Below are positions 1-14,822 of a DNA stretch of 64,000 nt, in pieces; the stretch's first letter is position 1, and the number at the start of each line of letters is the position of its first letter. The notes under the pieces are model-generated. The model was given only the letters and a program-made list of their open reading frames with translations. It did no database searches and was not told the origin of the DNA. Source of the DNA: Octopus sinensis (Eukaryota). A program made the position numbers and the translations under genes. Location of the stretch: NCBI RefSeq assembly GCF_006345805.1, contig NC_043015.1:9672001-9736000 (forward strand), given 5' to 3'.

Positions 1-188
1 GGCCTATTTGCATCTATCTTCCTGTCAGTTTGAATGGTGAAGTTCCAGAGGAGTGAGATGTGGTCATTTTCAAGCACTGGGGGTGGTTTGTGTTCCCACC
101 AGTTTTTTTCATGGGGCAAATCCAGGTTTTTACAGATTACCCAGTGAGTTTTTTTCATGGGGCAAATCCAGGTTTTTACAGATTACCC

Positions 189-192
<4 letters not shown>
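1..192 (-). mobile_element. 5'-truncated end of an R4/Dong-like non-LTR retrotransposon; the element continues off the left edge
   Basis: Near-identical to 58118-58261 (minus strand reads HWVICKNLDLPHEKNWWEHKPPPVLENDHISLLWNFTIQTD). Abuts a (TTA)n tract. A 46-bp tandem duplication (101-146/147-192) lies at the truncation point. Confidence 0.85.

Positions 193-271
<79 letters not shown>
193..271. repeat. (TTA)n microsatellite
   Basis: Perfect trinucleotide run. Confidence 0.98.
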
Positions 272-785
272 CATTTTTGTTAATTTATTATTTATTATTC
301 TCTTTATATATATATATATAATATAATATATTATTTATTGAATGAAACATTTTAAAATAGCTGTATAAATTTTGAACTATGGATAGCTGAGGAAAGGACC
401 TAGAAAGTTGAGTAATTATTAGTTCAAGACGACGAGAAAAAAAGAGTTACCGACAATTACTCGAATCTTGCACCTTATTCACAGTTTCCAAACATTCTGT
501 ACCACTAATCCAAAATATATACACAAACAATCTGCAAGAATGACACACTCGCACAGCGATACACACGCGCACACACATAGATACACATACACATAAATGA
601 AAGGCAATGAATAAGTGTGTGCGTGTATGTGTTTGCTTTTCACTGACTAAATTTCGTGCTGTATTACTTTTGGGAAATTTTATCAGGAACAGGTTGCGGT
701 TTCAAAACGATGAAAATATATTGACACAAATGAAATTTTAATGTTGAAGTGAAACTGCTACAACTTAAATACGAAGGATCAATAA

Positions 786-1006
786 CGATACTACTTAAAT
801 ACAAAGGCGCTACTTAAAATACATGTGTTAGTTTTACGTAACAACAATTTTAAATGTACGCTGTAAGGACGAGTGATGACATCCTAACCATAACTAACGC
901 TAAAACTCACCCGAACCTTAACCGTAAAAACTAACCCTGAAAATAACCCTCCCCTTTCATACCGTTACGTAGATACATCAGGACCTCTGTATGTAAGTAG
1001 TGCCGT
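786..1006. mobile_element. MITE-like element with degenerate internal (TAACCC)-like repeats
   Basis: Imperfect ~23-bp inverted termini: acgatactacttaaatacaaagg and cctctgtatgtaagtagtgccgt. Internal ctaaccataac/cttaaccg/ctaaccctg repeats. Confidence 0.5.
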
Positions 1007-2232
1007 GAAACTCATGATTACTGTGTGCTCTTGAATGGTTTCAATCGTTTTGTTTCAGCACACGATATCAAAACATGTTACTTGCTATGCAAGTACATTT
1101 CCGTCATTTTGTTTTCAATCTCTGTGCATAAATGCCAGCGATGACCCTCTCAGTCTCTCCAATATTTTTGTTTCTAACCAGAAAAAACAGGGGCATACTG
1201 TAGTGTTGCAGAAAATTCATAATTTCTTAAATTTTGTTTTTTATAGTAAATAAATGTATTTATGGGGGGAAATGCTGAAAAAAATCAATACCTGCGAGAA
1301 TGACGAAGACACGAGGAGGGTTATCTTTGGATATGCTAGAAACTACAGCCAAATCGCACTTAAATAACTCACTCTTCCTTCTGAAAATATTAACACTGTG
1401 TTTAAATTTTTTACCGAAAGTGCTGTTCACATGGTTTTGAAGTTCAAAAAAATTGGCCAAAATAGGTCCGGAGTGGAATGATGAGGGAGGTGGTGTAAAC
1501 AAAAAAAGGTTACAAAACCTTTTCCTACAACGATGCCTTCATCTCATCACTTCGGATGCTGAAATTTTAAAAAATGTCGGAAAATTGTTGAAAAATTTAA
1601 CCAGAAATTTCTTTATAAACATAATCTATGCCGTGTGAATGGAATTTGTATAAACTTTTATGAAAATCTACCTATCTTCCTGAAAGTTATGAGGGAAAAA
1701 TGTCAGATCATGTGAATATTCCAAAACTTCTCTCTCCACCCCCTCGGCAAAATTATTTCTCATAAATCCCTCTATACTCCGAAGCCACAACATCTAAGCG
1801 GTATTTGTAGAAACTTTTGTTAAAATGTTTCCATTTTTCTGGATGTCATGAGGTATCAAATTTGGGGGTGTATACATTTGTAGTGATGCACTTTTATCTA
1901 TACGATTTTTAAAATTTCATATTTATTTCTTTCATTGTTTGCAACGTTCTCCCCACCTCACTCTCTCACACACAGTGAAAAACTTAGTAGTGGGCTGCTA
2001 AATTGAAATTTCTATACTGCTTGTCGGGGAACGTAAAACTTGACACACTGGTTCTCTCTCTGTTGTTGGGCTATCGTCATGTCTGTTTAAAAAAAAAGAA
2101 GATATGACTGTGATAAAATGAGGAAAGCAATATTTACTAAGCAAGAGAGCACTATTATACAAAGAAATAAATAGACGTAAAATATTAAAATTATTAGGAG
2201 TGGGATCCAAATGTGAAAATATTATCTAGAGA

Positions 2233-2852
2233 CTAGCAGGCAACCGCCCGGAGGGCGGTCTTTCTGATGGCTTATTTAATTGTATGAAATATTATTAGCA
2301 TGAGATAAACATTTTGCTGTCAGAACTACATGCCTCATTATAGGAATATATAAAATTTATGAATTTGAACGTCATAAGTTTTCTGAACCCGCCAACATAC
2401 ATAACATTTTAGAATGAACATATGCTTAAAAGCGGAAATATTTTTTACAAAATGTTTGATTATAATGTTTGCGATAAGAGTGATGATTTTTCGAAACAAT
2501 TTACCATTTTGCTCCAATTTCCTGCAAGCCATACAATTTTCATTAACCTCATTTCATGATTGAAATGTAGCAATAGATTCCGACAAGTGATTAGTATCGT
2601 AAATTATTTGTTAGATGCCAATATTTCAGTACATGCTTCAGGCTGCTTATCCATTTTCTTTTACCATGTATTTTTTGGAGAACAAATTTACGAAAGACGG
2701 AAAAGGTCAATCATGATATTATCTCTACTATGGTTATTTAAGAATGTTTTTTATACTGTTGTTAATTAATGAAGAGGCGTCTCATATTATGTAGGATATC
2801 CTACTCATCTTGCTAAAATTTCACTATGATATTTAATTTAAAGGTATATAGA
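2233..2852 (-). mobile_element. Non-autonomous Helitron-like element (3' end clear, 5' end tentative)
   Basis: On the minus strand, a GC hairpin accgccc-tcc-gggcggt lies a few bases before a terminal CTAG followed by T. Possible TC start (tctatatac) at 2852. Confidence 0.5.
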
Positions 2853-3038
2853 TACCCACGGTGAATAAAATCACGTGGAATCCTAGGATTTGAAAATATT
2901 GCACTTTTTAGCACGGATTATTGCCTAACATATATAATGCACTGTCAAATGGCTGTAAGGGTAAGATGCCATATTTTTTCATTAATTATAGTGATGTATG
3001 TTATCAACATTGGATCTGCAAGATTTGTGAAAAATGTA

Positions 3039-4565
3039 CAGGGGTTTGACAAAATAATGGAAACACCTTCAAATTTCAAATAAATTTATTTTAATATATA
3101 GTAGGACCACATTTAACAGTAATTACAGCTTAAATTCTACGAGTTATGGATTTGTATATACTTTGAATTGTTTACAAAGGAATTTGTACCTATGCTTCAG
3201 ATAAAACAGTCTCTAGTTCTTGCAGTTTTGATGGTGGAGGATATTGACTCCTTACTTGTTTTTTTCTAAAATGCACAATAGATATTCAATAATATTCAGA
3301 TCCGGGGACTGTGGAGGCCAGATAAGATGTTCAACTAGAATGTTCCTCGTGCCATTCAGCAATAACTTTAGTTGAGTGAATGGGCGCATTAGCATCCTAA
3401 AATATTGCGTTTCCCTCCGGAAACAGTTCCGCAACCATAGGATGAATTTGATCTGCTAAAATGCTTAAACAAAGTTGACTATTAGTTCTGTCATGAAGGG
3501 AAGCCATTAGGCCGGTAGGTTTTAAAGATATAGCCCCCCACTCCACCCCATCATCACAGATCCTTAACAGTTGGAAGAAGGCAGTCTGAATCAAATGGTT
3601 CTTTTCGTTATCTCTACACATATACTCGGCCGGTGGTCGGACATAAGATAAATGATTATCGTCCCAAAATATAACATTCTACCACTGCTCTAGGGACCAA
3701 TTCTGTAGGTTATTACTCTAATCTAAACGCATTGCAACGTTTGATTTTGAAAGTAGTTGTTTTCTGATTGCAGCCCTCCCGTGAAATTTGGCTTTGTGCA
3801 GCTCCCGGCGAACGGTTTTTGTGGAAACTGGGTTCTCGAGGTGTTCAACAAGCTCAGCAGTAGTTTTGGGATCTGTATCTTGTGATCCTTTCTAACAACT
3901 CGCGTGAGAGTCTGATGGTCTATATCTGGAAGTTTTTGTTTTCTTCTGGAGTTTGTTTTGAAGTGAAGGTTTTCCCTCTTCCTCAAAGGCTGTCATTACT
4001 TTCGAGACAGTACTTCTCGATACACCACATATTTCGGCTGTTTTCCTTACGTTAGTACCTGCCATACAAGCACCAACAATTTGACCTCTTTGAAAGTCCG
4101 ATAGATCTCTCATTTTAATGAATTCTAATTACCTTTTACTGATGAAAAGAAACAGCAATTTTAGCAAAGCACAAAGCCCCCCTTCGGTCATGAATGACCA
4201 TGGGATTGCACCTAGAAAGTTACCCTCCCAAGGCAAGTCCGGGCAAGGTTGTTTATGGAAGACCAGCAGTCGCCCATGCATACCAGCCTCCCCTCTCCAC
4301 GCCACCAGTGTTATCCAAGGGAAAGACAAAGGTCGATACTTCTTGGCACCAGTGACGTCGCAACTCTTTTCTACAGCTGAGTGAAAGCACAAATAATATA
4401 TAAATATATAAATTTATATATAATATATTATATATAAATATATAAATAATATAATATAGCAAAGCACAAATAATATATAAAAACCATAAACCCTAAACAG
4501 GCCTTTGGCGGTTTTTATAGATATATCAAAATTATGATGTTATATACTATTTGGTCCAACCTCTG
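3039..4565 (-). mobile_element. Full-length degenerate Tc1-family DNA transposon
   Basis: Imperfect TIRs caggggtttgacaaaata and tatttggtccaacctctg, each flanked by TA. Frameshifted transposase from 4113 to ~3100: paired-like HTH MRDLSDFQRGQIVGA..AEICGVSRSTVSKV, a WGAIS motif, and WPPQSPDLNIIE (Tc1 WPxQSPDLNPIE motif). Confidence 0.92.
4175..4384 (-). mobile_element. Truncated SINE/retroposon fragment nested upstream of the Tc1 transposase ATG
   Basis: GC-richer ~210-bp block flanked by a direct repeat aaagcacaaa (4166, 4384, again at 4461), consistent with a target-site duplication. Strand is tentative. Confidence 0.55.
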
Positions 4566-6436
4566 TATGTTGCTATCGACAAAGTAACTTTTTGGTGCGT
4601 GTTGGATTCATCATATAGACAACTTAGAAATATATATCTTAGAAAAACTGTTCTGTTATGGGTTTCTATGTGACGACGAAAGTAAAGCTTCTTGCAGATA
4701 TGTGATTATTTTAAGCATACTTATATCGAGAGAAAATACATTGATGACATTTCGAGTTGTATAGAGAGCCCATCGCTGTGAAAAATAAGGAGTTAAATGT
4801 TAATAAGCATAGACAGAAAAGATGCATCCTTTGAAGTGAAACATTTTTTAAACCGAATTTACTATAGATTGCAAACTATTTGTATGGTTAAATAGGAAAA
4901 ATAACTTGCAATATCGTAAGGCATGTATAATAAAAATTCAACATAATGTCAATAAGTCAATAATAGATTTGCAATAATAAATATATCGTGTTTGTGTTCG
5001 AATAATCCGTGAGTGCGAAAATGATTAGCTTATTATGTTGCTGAATCACAAACATATCAGTAACCTTCTTACAAAATCCAGAATAAGTATTTTACGTCAT
5101 CCTTCTAAGCTTAAAATACAATTTGTCTGCATAAAGGAATAAGTAACTGGGATTAGACTGAATTAGACTTGTTCATAAGTAGGATGAATTTATCATTTTC
5201 TTTCCGAATATAACATCGTAAAATGCACTGAAATTCATTTCAAAAATATATCCGGCGAATCACAACAGAATTAAGTAGTTAGTAATTTTAGAAACCTTAA
5301 TTTAAGATAGAATGATAGAATTTGGAAAACAATATGTTTGGAGAATGATTAATGTAAATATGTATTATCAGAATTTAAGGTATGCAGTTCGAATCGTATA
5401 AGTGCTGTGGTGTTAACCACATTTTGAATACAGATATGAGACAATGACCTTGAGAAAATATATTATTGTATTTGAGCCGAGATTTCGCATGATTTTTCCT
5501 AGTTACAGTTTGATATATATTTATATGTTGAAAGAAAGGTGATGCAAACCGGCAGTATAAAATATTATTGATTCACGTCAAGCAAATAATGTGTTAATGA
5601 ATATAGTTAGCTAAGAAACTGAGTTTAAGGAAGGACACATATAATAATCGGAGATAATGAAACTAAAGAAAATGTTATAAGTCACCCTTCAAGGTGCCTC
5701 AATATAGCAGTCTATTTATCAAACAAAATGCTCTGAAAATATATTAAGTTTTACAATTCAAATGAATAAATGAAATCGAAGAATGAATAATGACATTCGG
5801 AAATAACATTAAATTTATTGCAAAACCACTAACAAACAGGCATTATTTTGAGAACAATCAATAAACATATAATATTAGAAATTAAAGTGAGCATGATTGT
5901 ATTTTTTCTTATGTATTGATATGGAGAGGACTGATAATAAATCTAAAATACAGTTTGTTTCAAACGCGGTATGAAACAAAGGAAACAGAGGAAAGGACCA
6001 AGAGCAACACTGGAAAAATTCATATCATAAGAAGTTGGATCGTGTGTTTGTGTGTGTGTGTGCGTGCGTGTGTGTGTGTGTGTGTGCGTGTACTTGTGTG
6101 TGTATTTAACTCCTGTAAACCCTATGGTGTTGAAAGATCCTGAGAGCCAACATCAGTAATATATTATCTATTCTATCCTCTTAAAAGGAAATATATGATA
6201 ATTTAAGCCCTAATTTATATCGATGTGTTATAGCTGCTAACAGCAGCTTCAAAGCTATCATAGAGATCTTCAGTTCAAAATATGCATTCCAAAAGTAGAC
6301 CCAGGAAAATCATATGGTTTCCCTATTTCTCCTACGTATTAATTGTAACATAGTTGAGAAATTTCTGTCATTATTAAAGAAGCATTTTTAGGCGAAAAAT
6401 TCATAGCGGCATTTCTTCCTGCTTCACGTTTGAGGG

Positions 6437-6650
6437 TGGTGACTTGGTAGAATAGTTAGCACACCGGTAAAAGGATTAGGAGCATTTCGCACAGCTTTAC
6501 TTTCTGAGTTCAAATTCTGCCGCAGTTGACTTTGCCTTTTATACTTTCGGTGTCGATAAAATATGTACAATTTGAACACTCGGATCGATGTAAACGATTT
6601 TACCCTTCTAACGAACTTGCTGCATTTTTGCCAAAATTTGAAATCATAAT
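6437..6650 (+). mobile_element. tRNA-derived SINE family A, diverged copy
   Basis: A-box-like tggtagaatagttag, B-box gagttcaaattc, and body ttgccttttatactttcggtgtcgataaaat. Homologous to 61042-61460 and 38397-38617. Confidence 0.8.
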
Positions 6651-6879
6651 CTAATAAGCATTTCTCAGTAATCCACAAATACAGAACAATTTTTAATAAA
6701 AAAATAAAACGCTCGATAAGTAAAATCTTAGAACTGCAGCTCCAATAGTGAAGGACATTAGCACGTGTAAGTCACACAAGAGCCCACTCCCAGTTGTACG
6801 TGTGTAAACCCTGAAAGGTACTTGCTTTATCAGGAGTGTTTGGTAAACACAGTTGTTTATAAAGCCGAAAATATATTTT

Positions 6880-7540
6880 CAATCGTCTTGCTCGCTTACG
6901 TTGTGACGTTTGCTGATCTTTGGTGAGAACAATCTTTTCTTAATGGTCAGACACTATGGGGTCTACATCTAGCATATTGGATGTCCACTTAGCGGTCATC
7001 CCTCTGTTATGTATGAAATATAATTTTTCTAAATCTTCAGATTTTTTCAAGATGCTAGGCCACAGGTTTTAAATTGATATTAATCAAATTAATATTGAAT
7101 TGTTCACCCTTATTATTTAAATTTAAATAACCATGTTCTCTATCCGGCAAACTTCACTGCAGCAAATACTTTTCTACATAATTATTTCCGGTATTTTGGC
7201 GTGCCAACACGAAGACTCTTGAAATATAACCTCAAATGTAATTGGTAGAACTATATACATGTTCACTCACATGTGGACATTTCGTGTATAGTACTGCAAA
7301 TCATATTTTTCTAAGACGGTCACATCGATGAATTGCGGACATTTACGTATGTATTACGTAAGTGTTAATAATGAAATCGAGTATGACTAATCTTTATATT
7401 TTGTATTGTTTCATTTGCCTTGCTTGCTTACGTTCAGGCGTTTGCTGAATTGTCTTGAGAACAATCTTTTCTTAGTGGTAAGACCATACGAGGTCTACAT
7501 CTAGCACATTGGATGCCCACTTAGTCGTCATCCCACCTAT
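6880..7540 (+). mobile_element. Penelope-like non-coding element with ~130-bp direct repeats (pLTR-like) and a degenerate hammerhead
   Basis: 6885-7005 is repeated at 7417-7535 (..gagaacaatcttttctta..ggtctacatctagca.attggatg.ccacttag..gtcatccc). Hammerhead-like motif at 7319-7387. Confidence 0.55.
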
Positions 7541-9005
7541 ATGAATGTTATATATATATATATATATATATATACATACATACATTTACAAAAATATGTA
7601 TATGCATATACGCAGAAGCTTTCGTGCACGCATATATCCGTGCGTATGTATACATGAATACGTATAACATAAGCCGTGTATTGTACTGCGTGTATGGTAG
7701 ATGTGACTCATGAGTTTCAATATTTGTCTGAGAATATAATTCTGAGCATGGTGAGTTAGGTCTATCGGGGTAAGTCCTCAAATTACGTTGGAATAAAAAG
7801 TGTGAATCGTGAGTATAGTGTGAATACTAGTGTGTGGGGGGGGGTGAATAACTGAGTGATGAGAAATATGTGCGACTTAGAGAAAGGTGAAGTCATATTT
7901 ATCCCAGCTGCATGGCTATTGATATCTTCATGGTGAGTTTTCTTCCATTACACATCCGAGATAGAATAACTGTTGTTCTATAATCCAACAGAACGATATG
8001 TGGATAAGAACAGGCAGGAATTAAATTAGCAGTACAAAGGCCTGATTGACAGCGGTCGTTTCTCCTCATCACCTAATCTTCATCCAAATTATCCTAATTA
8101 AGATATATCACAGAAACATCATTTAATATAGATAACAATTTTAGTCGTAGATTATTGGCATGGATTTGCGGTCCAACTGTAAGTACAAGTACAGAACAAT
8201 ATCAGTGTGCAGTAAAATAACTTCTTTAGAATAATTGAGAAATGGAATGGGATTGTTCTGTTATCTGCAATATGGACGTTAATATAATTACTGGGTGACA
8301 GTGTTAAACAGTGGTGTGTATAAATACAAACGTGTTATCTTTTGAAATAAGCTTGAGGTTTTACCGCACCCGTAAGAAATCCATTCACTGTATTTTGTGA
8401 TGGAGAAAATTTCTCGCTGTCGATAGAAAGGTGTAAACACACCGATTTAATTTGCAGCAACACCGATCGGTTGGTAGTAACAAAAAAATACGAGGAAACA
8501 GTCTTAAGCAGTGATGTAATTGTTTTATAAATTTGGCAGGTTCATCAATAAAGGATAAGAAATTTTAATAAAATTTAGTTATTTCAGTATATGTTCTCTT
8601 TTATTTCAGCCTAATTAAATCAAAATTTGAAGCAATTGAAAACTAGCAGCCAATCAATACAATAATGAACTTGTTCGTTCGCTCGTTATATATTACCTAA
8701 TTAGAGAGGGGGGAACTGGAGTGAGTGAAATGTGGAGTAAGAGTGACAGAAAGCGAAAGAAGGAGGAGTGAAGAAAGAAGAGAGGAAGTAATAAAGAGGA
8801 TTAATATTGATACACTTAGGTCAAATGGTCACATGGTCAGTTGAAAGAAGAGGAGAGGAATGGGAGAAAAAGAAGACGAGGGAAAAGAGGGAGAGAGAAT
8901 TGCTAACGACATGCGATAGGGTGGGGAATGAACAATTATTACGTGTTTGAAAGGTTAGATGAATGGAAAGTTAGATAGAGATAGATGGCTCGGGGACGCA
9001 GGTAT

Positions 9006-9046
<41 letters not shown>

Positions 9047-10274
9047 AGTGGTTGTGTAGATAGTGGTTGTGGTGTGTTGATAGCGAAAACTTGTTGCTCT
9101 TTTTATAGAACTATTTTTTTTTAATATCACCCATCGCTTAAACCATGCATATAAGCTTAGCAATCTTCATATTTGTTAATAAGAGTTAATTTAGCCTAAA
9201 CATTGTATTCGCAAGAAAAACGGTTGCAAGCCGCCCGAGAAACCACGAGGAGATCTAGATCACAGGTCAGAAAATATAATAAAAAGACGGAAAAGACAAC
9301 AGCGACGAAGGCGTGAGGAAATGAATGTAGACGAGCGTCAAGAATATTTAAAAGTTAAACTATGAATGTTATAAAAATGCAACGTAGTTTTCTTAATTTT
9401 CCATCCCGTGGAACTTTCACTAGTTTTCATAAATCTGTTAATACTTACATTTCCCCTATAATACAGCTCACAAAGCACGTTTCCACCTTTAAATATTAAA
9501 TGTCTTAAACATTTTTATATATATGCAGGATGAATTGAACTTTGAAAATCACGTGTATTACACATAAAAATCGTAATATTTACGTGATAGCATGACACAA
9601 TGTGCAGGTATTTATAACAATTGTTTACAAATTTGCGCCATCAGTTCTCCTATCAAAAAATATATGTGTTTCACCGCAGTTTTAAAAGAATTAAATTTAT
9701 AGGAATTCTTAAACATTTTCACATATTTCCTGTACTATTTAGTAATGATTTTCGAATAAATAAACTATATCATACACAAAATATGAACTTGGCACAGCCT
9801 GAATTGTCACCATATTTTTAAAATCTAAATATGAATTTCGTTCGTCATTCTTCGAGAAATGTCATGAACGTGAGTTACTTCCTACATATCCGTATGATTT
9901 CTGCTATACAGCTCTAAAAATATCCAAGTGTGAAGTCTGTATCCATATGAATAAGCAAATATTCTACGTCTACAGCACGCACCATTTTTTAAAATTAGTT
10001 ATTATGTATCTTATTAACCAGATATTCGTCTAGAAATAAATTTCTCGGTTGTATATGTGTATATACGTATACGTTTTGTCATCTGATAATTTTCATTCGT
10101 ATACATTTTTCTACATTTATTCGCACAAACACAGTTTAAGACTTCTCAATATGAATTCTCAAATCACATTATACTTCAAATATTTAGGCTGCATTTTTAC
10201 TATTTTAAATAGATACTTTACTCACAATAGTTCAGGAGTACAGTCTACGATACCCAAAATTGATTACTATGTTA

Positions 10275-12089
10275 CTAGCTGACGTACCTTGTGATACACG
10301 GGAGGGGGGATAATCCAAGTACCCATTACAATGCCTACTTTCTCTCAGACGGAAAAGGGAATCAAGACATAGGACAGATAATATAAGGCATAAACAAATT
10401 CATTCACAAAAATATTAATGCAAATAAATACGTGTGGAATCGGAAAATGACGATCATTTGGTCAGATGAGTGGAGAGTTTCAAATATATAATCAATGGAA
10501 ATATGAAGAAAGGAACTGTAAAGGAGTGCTATGACGAAACGAACTTAAAGGTTTGCAAAATAAAAAGAAAATTTCTTTAGAGAAAAGGCACTTAATGTCA
10601 GGACTGTGTTACATGCGTATATTTCCACTTGGCCTGAGAATAAAATATCGACTGCAACGGTTAGGTCCGACAATTCTAAGTACAGGTGTTAAGAAAATAC
10701 ATGTTACATGTTTTAGAAAACAGCGTTGCAGCGTTTAGAATAGATAATTTTAAGTGAAGGTGTTAAGAATGTACGTGTTACAGCAACCTCACAATGCTGA
10801 AATAATTGTTGAACGTTTTTGGCCAAATTTCGTTAATCAGTTTATCAAAAATAATCTTACGCTTTGCTTGAGTGGCCTAGGTAAAATTATACTTGTCTCA
10901 TACCATCCTTAGTACATATTCCATCTGTGTATATACTTTGGAGAAAATGAAATTCGGTTGAAAGCTTTAACAGTTATACCAGAAAATAACATTCATATGA
11001 GAATTTGTATCGAAATGGCCCATTGATTTTTGAAAATCCGATGCTGATTAAAAATTATCGATGTTTTTGAAATTCCAAGTCCTAAGTGATCACATGGGCC
11101 TAAGCCCCACACACGTTTCATCAAAATCGGTTGGATAATCTCGGCGGAGTTAAAGTAACAAATTCACAAACACACATACCACACCCCAATGGTGGATAAG
11201 AAGTCCCGACTTTCTTAAGTATGTTGAGGCTCACATAAGAATATCCCCCGTCTTAAAAGAGCCATCTAAGAATCTGAAACGTCTATGAGAGTTACGGTTC
11301 ATGTAGTAACTTAACGCTAATCTGAACTCCAAAAGTATTCGCAAGTTAAGAGGAGGTATACCGATAAGTTACATCGTATATATAAGTAGTAGTTTGTATA
11401 AATGTAGTTTGATTGTCAGTATATATATATGGTTATGCATGAAATATTGAATAGAAAATTCTTGAGAAACAAAATGCATTTTCCTATTTAAAACTTAAAA
11501 TGCTGTGGAATTAGATCAACGAATTGAAATAATAAGTTTTAGCAAAGGAAAACGATTTGTATTTGCAAACGCTAATGAGATTACTGTTCATAGGATGTCT
11601 GTTTATACCTATGAAACATTTCTCTTCGAATTTCTGCATTTTTCGTCAAATGGAAATATATGTTAATGAGTTAATTTAACAAAAAAAAAAATACCAGAGT
11701 CTGGTAGCGAATCCATGTCGTCGTCGTTTTTGTGCGTGTGCGTAAATAAATATTTTTCCCCAACCCATCCTTAGCGCATATTTCCTCTGTGTATAAAATT
11801 GCAAGAAAATAGGTTGAACATTTTAAAAGTTATTCCAGAAAAAATTCATTCATAAGAGGATTTGCATTGGAATGCCCTACTGATTTTTGAAAAATCAATG
11901 TTGATTAAAAATTATCGTTTTATTGAAATTCTAAGAACGTAAGTGACTTCATGAGCATAAGACCCCCACCCACCCCACATGTGTCAGGTTTCATCAAGAT
12001 CGGTTGGAAAATCTCAGAGGAGTAAAAGTAACAAATTCCCAATCACATACATCCATAAACAGACAGAAATTGCCATTTATGCATACAGA
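10275..12089 (-). mobile_element. Non-autonomous Helitron-like element with an internal ~280-bp duplication
   Basis: The minus strand starts A|TCtgtatgcataaa followed by GTCT-like repeats, and ends with a weak hairpin plus CTAG|T at 10275. 10903-11180 and 11766-12055 are diverged direct repeats. Confidence 0.55.
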
Positions 12090-13126
12090 TAAATTATTTT
12101 AGATAATTTGAAGTATGAGAGTTCGAGTTATTCTGGAAATTTTGGCCGGAAAATCTCTGGAGGCTCCCCAAATTAAATATTAATACATATACATTCATAA
12201 CTTATGGATGTATATAAGTAATCCTGAAAATTATTTTGAAGGAAATCGCCTTTCTTATGAAGCAAATCAGCCATCAAATGATCGCCAAATGAAACATTAC
12301 CTCCGTTGTCGATCACAAAATGCCTGATACTTTTCCATAATTATCTCTTAAACTCTCGTACAGTTCAATACAGTATCAAAAGATGATCTTACAGGAATTA
12401 TTGATTTGTGGAGAGATTCGAACACGGGTAACAGGAGATTGGGCATTGTAATCCACTCTATCGTAAACAATACATCGTTTATCTCTACGCTGCTATATCT
12501 GCGCAGTAATATTGTTTGTATTTCATCATATATATATGATATTTTTATATATTGCAAATATTGTGATTTATGTTCTGAATATTATGAGAATTGCTGGCGT
12601 TTATGTATTTTCCGATACTATCAAATCGGCATCGATCCACTGGAAGTTCAATAACGTGCACGTGCTTAGCGTAACATAGTGGGATTTTCCCAATTGATTC
12701 TAAATCTCTCATGACCTGTATATATTTACGTTGACTTCTTATTTAATCCCAGTTATTACTGGAGTAATTTAGGTGGGCTAAGAAGAACTTCGATATAGCC
12801 ATTTCACTTCCTCAACCTTATTGTGGTAATAAAATACATTTTTGTAAATATCATAAGTATATGCATAAGCTATATCTATCTTTATCGTTTGTAAATGCGT
12901 ACTAATTCACATATATATATATATATATATACATGTATTATAAATGTGATCAATATACATAATATGTCTACGTATAGATAAATGATAAGAAACAAATTAT
13001 ACATGTGCGTGTGTGAATGTGTGTGAATGTATCGTGGCTGTGTGGTAAGAAATTCGCTTTCCAGCAACGCACACATACACATGCGTTCACAAACACAGAT
13101 ATATATATAAATAAATACATTAATAA

Positions 13127-13176
<50 letters not shown>

Positions 13177-13204
13177 TATATATATATGCATACATTCATA
13201 TATA

Positions 13205-13345
13205 CAGCGTGCTTCGTTCAATTACTGTCTGCCAAATCCACTCCCAAGGCTTTGGTCGGCCAGAAGCTATAGTAGAAAACACCGGAATGAACCCGGAGCC
13301 ATGTGGTTTGTAAGCAAGCTACTTACCACACAGCCACTCCTACGC
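13205..13345 (-). mobile_element. tRNA-derived SINE family B, 5' part
   Basis: ccaaatccactc.caaggctttggtcggcc and atgtggtttgtaagcaagctacttaccacacagccactcc match 26340-26748 and 32800-33171. Confidence 0.8.
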
Positions 13346-13394
13346 ATATGTATGTATAAGTATATATTTACACACACACACACACACACACACC

Positions 13395-13453
<59 letters not shown>

Positions 13454-14462
13454 ATGTTTTTAGAGGTATTGATGTCAAGAAGACTCAAACGTGTCAGGTA
13501 ATACTGAGTAAGTGCTATGGACAGACTATAGTTAAAATCCAGGGTCGATAATAATATGAATGTGGAGTCCAACGTAGGTCATGCATTACCATATATATAT
13601 ATAAAAATCAACAAAATGAGGTAAAAAATCGAAGGCTCTGAATAGTTTTTATAACATTTATAATGAGGTGTTAAGGGTGTTACCAGGATATTTTATATAT
13701 CTGTTCATAAGAGACGGTGCGAGAAAATGTTTAAGTGACTTCAATAGAAACTTCCATCGAATAACGCCGTTTACAAATGGAATGACCAATAATAAACACC
13801 ATTGGAACTCATACACAAGGTACAGGAAACGTATATATACACCATTCTGCAGATACAAAATCCTTACGTATCTCACGACTGTTTTCATTCCTACATTGCA
13901 CTCAGTATTTCATATCTTTATAAATGTCAAACCCTTGTTGCTTGATACCATTCTTAACCATGAGAAAGCAGCTTTCAGCTACATTTCAGAAAGAAGTACT
14001 GAAATTAACTACGCAAGATCACTTCGAATTCAGCTGCAATTTGTGTGTTCTATGTTTTCTATGACACCAACTTCCTAAAACTTATGATATGTAAACCGTA
14101 TGTATATTCACTGGAGTCGGACCTCCTATTACCAGCCATTAATTTCCCCGTCTTCAACTAGCTTTCGAATGAAAGTTGTGTCAGAATTTACTGAACCATA
14201 CTGGCATATTTCAAATTCAAATGCCAAGGGTAAAACCTAAATATTAAACAAAGCGCGGTATGCAAAAGAGTTTTGCTTTAATTTGTTAAATAAGTATTGG
14301 AATAAAAGCTATTTAGTATGCATTTGAATGCCCATAGGGATATTTAATCACTAAGGGAAATGATTGGTCAATACCTTTTAAAACATTTATTTACTAAAGG
14401 ATTAATCAATTAGCAGATCATGCCTATAAGGCATAACATATATATATATATATACATATATT

Positions 14463-14514
<52 letters not shown>

Positions 14515-14750
14515 TGTATATAAGTATTTATATAATGCAGAAACTATTTCTCAAGCAATTTTTATTCGTAAGTCATGAAAATCTTCATTCAGTACTTGAT
14601 TGCTATTCTGACTGTAGAATACAGTCCGTGTTATAGTACGTAAGTTTCCTTTGTTTGTTTAAGTTATACGTTGAAAAATGCACTTTAAAATATTTTATGT
14701 ATCTCTCTCTCTATATATATATACATCTATCTTTAAATGTGTGTGTGTAC

Positions 14751-14820
<70 letters not shown>

Positions 14821-14822
<2 letters not shown>

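Noticed and set aside
880-950. Telomere-like TAACCC repeats
   Set aside because: Highly degenerate and internal to a MITE-like element; not a telomeric array.
13455-13500. Hammerhead-like ttgatg..gactcaaacgtgtcagg
   Set aside because: The core and helices are too degraded to support a call.
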